NCBI GenBank assembly: GCA_047495785.1
Contig: JBLDXI010000085.1
Coordinates: 1 to 64,000, forward strand
From: Lepidodermella squamata
Lineage: Eukaryota > Animalia > Gastrotricha
Reading direction: 5' to 3'
Length of the DNA stretch: 64,000 nucleotides
The notes below the pieces were generated by a model, which was not told the origin of the DNA, ran no database searches, and worked only from the letters and a program-made list of their open reading frames with translations. Positions 47,416-57,200 of the stretch are shown here, in pieces. Every line of letters begins with the position of its first letter. Position 1 is the first letter of the stretch. A program made the translations under genes and the position numbers.

Positions 47416-50400
47416 AAGGGCGGGCGGGCGACGTGGCCGCCCGCTGCTGCCCTCAAGACGCCGCCGAAGCCACGATGTCAGCCGCCGCCGATTGCCTCTG
47501 CGCCTTCAGTGTCGCAGGTCACGCCGTCAAGGGCCTTGTCGACACGGGTGCTAACGCCACCATCGTTTCGGAGGCCTTCTGCCGTTACCTACTCCTGCCG
47601 ATTCAACCGCTGCCCTACGAGGTCGCCCTCCGCACGGCCGATGGCCGCGTCCTGGATCCGCGGTTTGTGCTGGGCCGCGCCTTGGTGCCCTTCGGTCTCA
47701 CCGGTGATTGCCCGTTCTTTCACTGGGCCTTCGTCGTCGCCAGCGCGTCCCACGACCTGATCGTCGGCCTTGACTGGATGGTCCGCCAGGGCGCCGTCGT
47801 GGATCTGAGCCTGCGCCGCTTCAGTGGGGCCGGCTGGTCCCTGCCAATCGAGTTCGCTCCGCCGGCCGGGCCTCGCTGGGCCTCTTTGTCGGTCGATGGT
47901 TTCCCCGACTACTCAACACATGTTTCGATCAACGGCCGCCTGGTTTCGGCCACCGTCAGCACCGGAGCACCGACCTCGACCGCCACACCGGCGTGCATGG
48001 CCATGTTGGGTGCCAACTGGGCGCCCTTCGCCTCCGATTCGCTACCGTGTCTGTCGTCACCGTCTGGACGGGTCAGTCCGCTCGGTCTGGGCTTCCTGCG
48101 CCTCGATACTGCGACGCACTCTACCAACCTGCCGGTCCTCGTCGTAAGCGGGGATTCACACCGCTTGGTGCTAGGTGGTTCTCTGTTATCCGTCAATCGG
48201 GCTCAGCTCAACCTTGCCGCCGGTTCCTTCTCGTTTGCCCCGCCGCCTCCGTCGGAAGCCGTGCCGGACGATGTGGCCGATCTAATCACGCGGTCCACCG
48301 CCGGTCTCGCCGCTGAGGACGCCGCAGCCATGCGCACCCTTCTGGAAGAGTTCGCCCCGGTCTTCAGTGATCGATCGATGGGAATCCTGCTGAAACGCCC
48401 ATTGCTCATCGAGTCCACGGCGACGCGGCCGATCAGTGTCCCGCGCAGGTACATGGGCCCCCACAAGAAGGCAGAACTTCGAAAGCACTTGCGTTTTCTC
48501 CGCGAACGTGGTTTGATCGAGCCGAGCAACTCCGCCAACGCCTGTTGCCCCGTGATTGTCCCGAAGCCGTCGGCTGCTGATCCCCATGGCACCCGCTTCA
48601 CTGTCGACTTTAGACCGCAGAACAAGTTCTTGCCGTCGCGCTACCACGTACCGCCGCTGTGGGAAGATGTGGTCGAGAGGCTGCATGGCGCAACGGTTTT
48701 CTGTCGCCTCGACTTGCGGCAGGCCTTTCATCAACTCCCGTTGGATGAAGCGTGCCGGGATCTCACCACCTTCTACGGCTCCGATGGCGAAAAATGGCGC
48801 TACGCCGTCCTACCGATGGGTCTTTCCGTCAGCCCCGCCCTTCTGCAATCGGCCATGCAAAATGAGATTCTCGCCGATGTGTTACATTGGTGCGTTGTGT
48901 ATCAGGACGACTGCCTCATCTACGCCGACTCCGTGCCCGAGCTACTGCGTCGGTTACGTGCAATCCTGGAAAAATTCCGCGATTACCGCGTCAGCCTTTC
49001 TGCGGCCAAGTGTGAAATGGCGCGACCAGAAGTAAAGTTCCTAGGCCGCCGGCTCTCCGCAGACGGCGTGGCACCTGACCCCGACCGAACGGCCGACATC
49101 CGCAACTTTCCGCGACCAACCTGCCGTCGTGATGTCCGGTCGTTCCTCGGCACGTGCAACTTCCTACGGCCCCACCTGCCCGACTTTGCCACCATCGCCG
49201 AGCCCCTGACGACTCTCACGTCGAACCAGGTTCCGTTTGTCTGGTCGGCTGCCTGCGAGTCCGCGTTTACGGCTCTCAAAGCTGCCTTCGAGTCCGCCGA
49301 CGTTCTGGCTTATCCCGACTTCTCGCGACCCTTCAAGGTCATGACGGATGCCTCGGACGTAGGCCTCGGCTGCCTGTTGTTGCAAGCCGGCTCGGATGGC
49401 CGGGATCGACTGATTGCCGCCCACAGCCGACTCCTGTCGCCCGCCGAGCGGAACTATCCCGCGTTGGAGAAAGAATGCCTGGCGATTGTCTGGGCGTGCG
49501 ATCGGCTACGCGAGTACGTGCTTGGCAGCCGGTTCACGCTGGAGACGGACCACAAAGCCCTGCTATGGTTGCAAACGCTTCGCGACCCCAGCAAGCGGGT
49601 CTGGCGCTGGCTCGAACAATTGGGCGACTACCAGTTCGACCTGGTCCACCGCCCTGGTCGCCTCAATTTCGCCGATGGACTCTCGCGCCCCTCTGTCGAA
49701 CCTCCCGGTCACGACTACGCGGTCGACACTGTTTCCGGTGACGCGTCCTGCGTCGCATCCGTATCGATCGCCGATGTCTTCCGCCTGGAGCCGGCGGAGC
49801 TACGTGCCGCCCAGCTGGCCGACCCCGACCTTGGCCCCGTTCTGCGCCACCTCGAGTCCGGCGAGCCGCTCCTACAGCCGCTGTCCGCTGCCTCGGCCTG
49901 CCTTCTTCGCCATAGCGACGAGGTGTCTCGCGACGACGCTGGGGTATTCTATGTCTCGGTGCACGACCGCCTTTTCCCCAGGCTCTGCCTGATCCTGCCG
50001 GCTCGGTACGTGTCCGACACTGTCCGCATCGCCCACGACACTCCGGCGTCGGGTCATCTGGGCCGCCGGAAGACCATCGAACGCCTCCGCGACTACGTGT
50101 GGTTTCCGAACCTATACAGTTCCGTTCGACGACACTGCCGAGACTGCACAACGTGCGCCCGCCGCAAGGCTACGAATCAGCCGACGACGGTCCCCCTGGT
50201 GCCCATCCGACCGGTGGACGAGCCGTTCGCCCTGGTGGCCATGGACATCGTCGGGCCCATCGAGCCGCCGAGCTCGCAAGGACACCGCTGGGTGCTCACC
50301 CTGTTCGACGCCTTCACGAAGCTCCTGGTGGCGTACCCGCTTCGGTCGACAAAGGCTCCGAGCATCGTCGCCTGTCTACAGCGTTTCATCGCTGATTTCG

Positions 50401-51344
50401 ATGTGCCGTCTGCCCTCCTGACCGACCGGGGTACCAATGTCGACTCACTGGCGGTTCGCACCTTCTGCCAAAGCCTCGGCATCCGCAAGCTCCGGACCTC
50501 GCGCTTCAACCCCCGGGGCAATTCTCAGGTCGAGCGGTCCCACCGGGTTCTGGCCGACATGATCGCGACAAGCCTGGACCCGGATCAACCGCGCTCTTGG
50601 CACGTGCAGCTGCTAAACGCCCTCCGCGCCTACAAGACCGCCGTCAACGATGCTACAGGTGTCTCGCCGCATGAGATGGTCTTCGGTTTTCCGGCTCGGA
50701 CCGCGCTCAAGCTGCTGGCCGGTCCTGCAGTGGGCCCAGTCGATGCGCCGCCCGGCAAACCCGGCCCGGCCCAGTTCGTCGCCGCAAAGCAATCCCGCCT
50801 CGATGATTTATGGCAGCACGCTTCGGCGAACCTCGACCAGGCGCAACATCACCGCCGCGTCCTCAATGACCGACGTGCCAACACGCATCGCTTCGCCGTC
50901 GGCGACTCCGTCGGCGTGCTTCTGGAATCGAACGAGCGCAAGGGAAAATTTTCGCCCCGGTACCGCGGTCCGTACCTGGTCGTCGCGGTGGACGAGACTA
51001 CCAACAACTACCGCCTCGCCTCGCCAGACGGCGCCGAAACGCTGCCTTGGACCAATCGCCGCAAGTTGGTCGCCTTTCCGGCCCCAGAGCCGGGCCTGGC
51101 CTTTAAGGCCCCGTCGGACGTGGCGCTCCCGACGTGTACCAAAGCGCCCTCACCGGTAATGGCACCCCCGGTGGATGATCGAGTGCCACCCGCTGTCGTC
51201 CGGCCCCATGTGGAGGGGGAAGAGCCGTCGAAACTTCGCCCCGAAACCGCCCTGAGGAAACCGGACCGCCTCACCGTCGGCGCCTTGCTGCGTCTCGCCT
51301 ACCTGGCTGCCCGTCTCTTGGTGCGGAACACGCAATCCGACTAG
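47340..51344 (+). CDS. pol: Pol polyprotein: protease, degenerate second protease, RT, RNase H, integrase
   Basis: LVDTGA; RFTVDFR, LDLRQAFHQ, LPMGL, YQDD; TDASDVGLG, EKECLAI, TDHKAL; H..GH...C..C, MDIVGP, TDRG, VERSH; GPY motif; uninterrupted 1334 aa. Confidence 0.97.
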   Translation: MPEDDGRGPRGGQLGRRHRAKPVKLEGRAGDVAARCCPQDAAEATMSAAADCLCAFSVAGHAVKGLVDTGANATIVSEAFCRYLLLPIQPLPYEVALRTADGRVLDPRFVLGRALVPFGLTGDCPFFHWAFVVASASHDLIVGLDWMVRQGAVVDLSLRRFSGAGWSLPIEFAPPAGPRWASLSVDGFPDYSTHVSINGRLVSATVSTGAPTSTATPACMAMLGANWAPFASDSLPCLSSPSGRVSPLGLGFLRLDTATHSTNLPVLVVSGDSHRLVLGGSLLSVNRAQLNLAAGSFSFAPPPPSEAVPDDVADLITRSTAGLAAEDAAAMRTLLEEFAPVFSDRSMGILLKRPLLIESTATRPISVPRRYMGPHKKAELRKHLRFLRERGLIEPSNSANACCPVIVPKPSAADPHGTRFTVDFRPQNKFLPSRYHVPPLWEDVVERLHGATVFCRLDLRQAFHQLPLDEACRDLTTFYGSDGEKWRYAVLPMGLSVSPALLQSAMQNEILADVLHWCVVYQDDCLIYADSVPELLRRLRAILEKFRDYRVSLSAAKCEMARPEVKFLGRRLSADGVAPDPDRTADIRNFPRPTCRRDVRSFLGTCNFLRPHLPDFATIAEPLTTLTSNQVPFVWSAACESAFTALKAAFESADVLAYPDFSRPFKVMTDASDVGLGCLLLQAGSDGRDRLIAAHSRLLSPAERNYPALEKECLAIVWACDRLREYVLGSRFTLETDHKALLWLQTLRDPSKRVWRWLEQLGDYQFDLVHRPGRLNFADGLSRPSVEPPGHDYAVDTVSGDASCVASVSIADVFRLEPAELRAAQLADPDLGPVLRHLESGEPLLQPLSAASACLLRHSDEVSRDDAGVFYVSVHDRLFPRLCLILPARYVSDTVRIAHDTPASGHLGRRKTIERLRDYVWFPNLYSSVRRHCRDCTTCARRKATNQPTTVPLVPIRPVDEPFALVAMDIVGPIEPPSSQGHRWVLTLFDAFTKLLVAYPLRSTKAPSIVACLQRFIADFDVPSALLTDRGTNVDSLAVRTFCQSLGIRKLRTSRFNPRGNSQVERSHRVLADMIATSLDPDQPRSWHVQLLNALRAYKTAVNDATGVSPHEMVFGFPARTALKLLAGPAVGPVDAPPGKPGPAQFVAAKQSRLDDLWQHASANLDQAQHHRRVLNDRRANTHRFAVGDSVGVLLESNERKGKFSPRYRGPYLVVAVDETTNNYRLASPDGAETLPWTNRRKLVAFPAPEPGLAFKAPSDVALPTCTKAPSPVMAPPVDDRVPPAVVRPHVEGEEPSKLRPETALRKPDRLTVGALLRLAYLAARLLVRNTQSD

Positions 51345-52015
51345 CTCAACCGACCTGATTTCGTGATTATTGTTGAATGCTTTTAAATGCTGTTAAAGGT
51401 TGCTTCTCTACCGAGCTTGTACCGAATTTTAGGCTAGGGTCGTTGTACTGACTTATTCCGCTGACACTGTATTCTGCTGACATTGTTATTTGTTGACGAT
51501 TGCTGTGACCTTGTACCGTCCTCGACTTTCAAGCTTTACTCTGGCCTCAGGCAACAACGTGTCCCACGCACCTGCGCGCTTGTAAATTTGCTTGTAAATT
51601 TAAAAGTATTATAACCCTTTTTTTTATTTATTTCGTTGTTGCTGTATCATAGTCGTGTATCATACATGTACATCTTGCCAACCTCCTACTGTGATACCGT
51701 TCTCTTTTCCGCCCTTTTTGTACACAGTTGAATCTAAAAACAAAAATCCCGCGTGGCAGCTCAACATATATATATATAACGTCCGAAAACGAACTGTCTT
51801 TCTCTACCGCCTGCTCTACTTGTTGTACTATACCACCTTGCTGTAACATATTTGTTGTTTGGTGTACTACATCGCTCCACCGATCTCGATCCGAATGACT
51901 GAACATACCGCTCATACTCCCACAATTGTTTTCATCTCTTGTTTCGCGTACCGGAGACAATGTCCGCATTTTGCTATTTCTTCATTTTTCTTATATTCCG
52001 CTATCGCTTTATGTT

Positions 52016-52027
52016 AGTGGGGGAGGG
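52016..52027 (+). promoter_or_regulatory. Polypurine tract
   Basis: AGTGGGGGAGGG immediately before the 3' LTR. Confidence 0.85.
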
Positions 52028-52603
52028 TGTGGCGGTGACACCACCTGGTGCCACGGCACGCGCCACTCACACGCGCCGTTCCGCACGCGCCCGTTTCTCC
52101 CGCCACTAAGGTTGTTTTACGGGTATTTAAGACCATTCAATATTTTAGTACTTACGCATCCTCCATTCACTAGTTCGCTTAAACCGCTAGCCACCTAACG
52201 AACTCCTCCTATTTTATATCTCGTTGCCTCGGCTTTACTGATTCCTCATTCTTGTTAATAGAACATTCCGTTACTTGTTATTTTATCTGCCTGGTGTCTG
52301 ACCGACTCGCTTCCACCCATCCCTTCTACAACCGCGTCGGTAATTTTACGCCCTAATTGTAAATAAAGGTCGCCCTAACCCCGCGATTGCTCACAGGTCG
52401 ACTACCGCATTTTACCCGCTGTTTCAACTACTGCCTTGGCTTTGCCGTTCTGTCCTTTGACGGACCCGGTATGCGCTCTCGCCGATATTTTGTGACATCA
52501 AGTACTTACTACGTATATTCCTATCAGGGCCTTCCGTTTGAAATAAATAAAGAGACCGGTGAACAGCTTGCCCTTTTGCTCACAAGAATCGGTCTCCGCC
52601 ACA
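52028..52603 (+). repeat. 3' LTR (576 bp)
   Basis: Direct repeat of 45253-45828, followed by TSD GAGTT. Confidence 0.97.
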
Positions 52604-54281
52604 GAGTTGATAAACTGAAAAAGATGGATTAAAACGACTCACAGCCAGGTTCAGCGAGACACTGTTCCATTGTAATTACACGTGTCATTTCACGCTGTAA
52701 TTGATCGTTGAACAATGCAATATTTGAACGGCTTGTTTAACAGTTATTCTAACCAAGCCAGATGGGCAGTCTATCATCTGGGACGCACATCGATGCGTGG
52801 CTCTTCTGGCAAAGCTTAGCCGGTTTCGTCTATACATTTCAATAGATTCAAATTTTAATAATAAATAATTCGGAAAGTCGTTATTATCACCATATAAGGT
52901 CGAATATTAGCGAAGCAGGCTGCGTAACGTGGCCCGAACACTTCACAAATGTAATCCTTCTGCTTGAGGGATGAAAAAATTCATTGAATTAAACAAATAA
53001 TAAATAGCGAAAATTTCATTCGAAGAACACGGAATGATCTTCGGTAGACATCTTAGTGTATAAATCTTGGTGTTGTAGCAACTGTGAGCTGACTATTACA
53101 AAATGAGAAGCAGGTTACTTACCTGGTTTGAAGGAAAAGTGAGCTGGCAAACTCACGATTCCCTTGCACGCATTGTATTGCACGATTGGGGCGCTAAACT
53201 GCTTGGAATGAATGAACAAAAGCTACCTATTAGACGCTAGATCACCTGAATTTCTTCGAATATAGAGCACGCATCTTTGCAAGCGCTGAAGTCATCGTTC
53301 CACCTTGATACACAGCGCGAGTAGCAATCACTCATTTCTAAGGCGATGATTAGAAGGAGACAAGCTCTGAAAAAATGCATAATGACAATTCTAGTGGAAA
53401 ACTTGAAATGAGCCGAGCAGTTAAAACTGTCAACACGCGCGTTTGAACTTTTGGCAACGTTCAAGATGTTAACGGAATCAGGACTGAACTACATGCTGAA
53501 ATAATTGGCAGCATAGACAACATCAGGCAATCGATAATTGATATGAACTAGAAATAAGACAATAGACAATGTGAAAAAAGACAAAAGCTGATACTAAACA
53601 GGCCAAGGTGGCATTTTTGAAAATCATGGCCACTTCATAACCAGTTCTCGAAGAATACAGATCAAAAGCTTGACCTGTTTTCCGGACAATTCACATTTTG
53701 CTATTTAAGACAAAAAAGATGTTCTAGATATTTTTCATCAACTCAAATTTGAATCTGATTGTCTTCTTTTTTAAACGAACCTGCGATTAAGAGAATAGGG
53801 ATCTTTTATTCGTCTAATATGGAAACAGAACAAATTCCTTCTGTATTTCCTCCACGTCGCTGGAGATGCGTGAGCAGGTTGCTTTTGTTTGAAATTTACA
53901 TTCTTCAAAATTCAACAGCGATAACCAATCGTACAATTTCTCACAATTTCCTATAACCAATCACAAGTTGCCTAGGACAATAATTTGTTCACTCTTTTGT
54001 TCTAGTTTCTTACTTTCGAGAATTGTCCTCGCTTCCAATTATTTCAGCGATTTATTAGGTCAACATTTGGGCCGCGGAATGCGTGATTTCAATGAACGTA
54101 GCCAGACTTTGCAAAACGCGTGTTATCGAGTCTTATTTTTCATCGTCATTATTCCAAATTCAACAATATTCGTATTGTATCAAACCGAGCTGAATTAATA
54201 GCTTAACCTTAATCTCGACGCTTGGGCAATTGTATTATTGTAGGGAAAGCTTTGTTCTGATTTGCCGTAGAATATCAATTT

Positions 54282-57200
54282 ATGCTCCCAATGTCAGTCA
54301 TCGATGTTATTTTCGTCCTCCATGTAACAATAGCCTCAACGATTGCTATACTATGCTACACGTGCACTGATAAGGCGGCCAATTGTTACAAGGAGTGCGC
54401 CGAAGGGGTCGATTGCAGCCGATCGGCAACAGCGACTAATTGCAATTTCGAGGCTCAATTCTGCAAATTTCAATGGTCTGCTCTCACAGGTATTTTCTAT
54501 TCAAAAATATGAGCTCGGGGGCGATCATGAATAAATCCTGAAGCTGATGGACAAATGTGCTGTATTTCACGTCGCTGAGTTCAACGGACCATTTCTTGGC
54601 GGACCACACTAATCACCTCTTATATCCTAATCATGGATACCATCGAAGTGTGCCACTTGAGTGCCAAGTGCGGCAAGGTGTGGCGCATCTAATGAGATCA
54701 ATTATGACCCAAAATGGCATTCCATCTTAATAGGTGGTTGCTGTGAACAGAGCGGTCCGCTAAACCTGGGTCCGCTGAGTTCCAAAAACCCTGGCTTTGT
54801 TGAACTCGGCGGACCCAATTTAGCGGACCGAATCAAGTTGTAGTACTTGGATGTTTGCAACCGCATGAGTGAGGCTAATTAGCTCAGGTGTGCATAGTAG
54901 GTCATTGGATGGCACTTTTCAGGGGCAATCGACTAATCCTATGGCACACCTCCAACCTAGTCCGAAACACTGGTCCGCTAAAATTTGGTCCGTTGAACTC
55001 AGCGACGTCTGTATTTCCCAAAATTACGAATTAAATTTAATTAAATTTTAAACTTGAAACTTGTTGCGAAACCTCTTAGAATTGGCAAAACAGGTGGCTA
55101 AATTTGTAATTTCTTCCTCGATAATGTGGCCTCAATTTGAAGAGGTGTTGGGGCACGTTTTAATGGAAATTCTTCAAAAAATTTTGTTCCGCACGTAATT
55201 TTGGGAAATACAGCAACAAATGTTTTCCATCCCTTGCCTGATTCATGATTCATGATTCCTGGCCGAGCTGGGGACGATGATAAGCCCCTAATAATCGCAG
55301 ATAGGATGAGCTTTGCAATTGTCTGTGTATAAATTCTAAGTGCGAACTTTCCAACAGATGTAACTGTTCTAAGTTGCGCTACGTCAAGTGATTGCCCAGC
55401 AGAACAAGAAGAGCCAAATATTGGTGAAAATGGCGGTAGCACAAGGGACGTTACCTTATGTTGCGATTATGACGGATGCAACAGCGTTGGTTAGTTGTAT
55501 TTTTTTAGTCATAACATATGGGAAATACTAATTTAAAATTAGCTTTTGTTCGAATTTTACACATTTTAAAACCAGAAAACAAAAATATCAGTTCGGAAAT
55601 CGTCTACGTCACTTTTGAATATTTTGAAAAATGCTACCATACCTCGGACTATAATGTTATGATTTTCCTGCTAGCCGAGGCTTTATGCCTTGGAAAACCG
55701 TTATCTCAGCCCTGTCAAAACGATGGTTCTCAGGATCCAAAAAACTGTTCAAGGTGCCTTTGCCCTGATGGTCTAAGTGGTGATTTTTGCGAAATTGTGG
55801 ATCAATGCGGCGGCGTGGTTGATGTAACTCCATGCAGCTACGTCTCCGTCAAGTCCCCTGGCTATCCAGGCTACTACAATAGAAATTCCCTCTGCGTCTG
55901 GCAGATTCGAGCGGTGATTTGATGTCTTTTTCACTTAACGTTTAACTATCTTATTCCCTTTCAGCCGATGGGAACCGGTTTGGTTGTTGCCTTTGAAACG
56001 ACACCGGATTTACCTGTCTATGGATTAGGTAAATCAGCGCAGGGTAAAAATTGATGCTTTTGAAGTTCCTTTGGCTTAGATAAAACTAGCTGTGACGAGT
56101 ATGTTGCAATCCTGCATACGACAAGTGATCAAGTAATGTGAGTTATCTCTTCAATTTTAAATATTACGCTATATTTGTTTGTATAATATGACAGGGTTTG
56201 CGCAGCCAGTATTACGAGCGGTCGAGTTTATTCAACAGACGCCGGTGAAGCCTATGTCTCATTCAAGACTTCGGGCGCTTCAAACCATGACTCTCGTTTC
56301 GAGCTGAAAATCTATGCAACTTGCCCGGGTACTACTGCAAGCTCGCTGACTAAAGAGTGCCGCATAACGGACAGCGGTCGCGACTACGAGGGCCTGGGTA
56401 TTACACAGACATCCAATGGCGATGCATGCATGGCTTGGACCAGTGTTCCAAATGTTGATGATTTACAGCTGCCAAGGGGTGACGCTAAGGCAGCGTCAAA
56501 TGCATGCCGAGCTATTAATGGAGATTTATCTATGTGTTTTATCACTCCTAAATCATTCAATGTTTGCCCGCTTGCTGAAAAATGCCCGTCAGGTAAATTG
56601 ATATGTCATTACTTATTAATTGTAATTTTCTAATAACTGAATCGAAGTTTTGTGAATCAACCAAAATTAGGCTACTTGAAAATTTACCTCATGCTACCAA
56701 AAGGAATTAAAGGGGAATTAAAAGCCACTAGCACTTTTTGATTGATTAATTGGCGGAATGTCTCGTACATTTACTTCAGATTTTAGGGTTAGGGCTAGGT
56801 ATGGTTAAGGATAGGGTTAGAGTTGGGGTTGGGCTAGGGGTCGGAACGCACGAATATCAGGTATTTTATTTCTCCATGTGTACGAGCAGCGAAAATCTCG
56901 GACATAAACATGTGTGCGACAGTCCTCCGATTGTTCTCGTGACCCAAAAATTATCTGGCACTGGGGAACATTTTAAAAAAGTGAAAGCGTACAATTTCTT
57001 CAACTTGTTTTCGACTTCTCGATTTTTTGGCCTTGGGGTACGATACCTCATTCCCCCCGTACTTCGCACACTGTTCAGCTGGTATTTTCGTGAAAAACGG
57101 AAAATTTCATAGTTCATACTTCGCTTCGAACTTCAATCAAGACCAATTTCAAAATTGTAAATCGTGGCGAATTTGACTTTAAGAAGGATGATAAAGGCTG

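Larger units (their letters stand above)
45253..52603 (+). mobile_element. Full-length Ty3/Gypsy LTR retrotransposon (7351 bp)
   Basis: 5-bp TSD GAGTT; TG...CA LTRs; PBS; PPT; gag and pol with PR-RT-RH-IN order. Confidence 0.97.
37980..53380 (-). pseudogene. Family copy 3, disrupted
   Basis: ATG at 53380 (MHFFRACLLLIIALEM); paralogous exons at 52640-53380, 41558-44040 and 37980-38288; Harbinger inserted in the LamG exon; stop near 42617 (PFG*PFE); frameshifted segment near 41740-41800; 3' end uncertain. Confidence 0.8.

Noticed and set aside
45723-51335. Many overlapping or antisense ORFs within the Gypsy element
   Set aside because: Expected by-product of high GC coding sequence; no motifs
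51345-52015. Possible env-like third ORF
   Set aside because: AT-rich, no long + strand ORF; reads as 3' UTR
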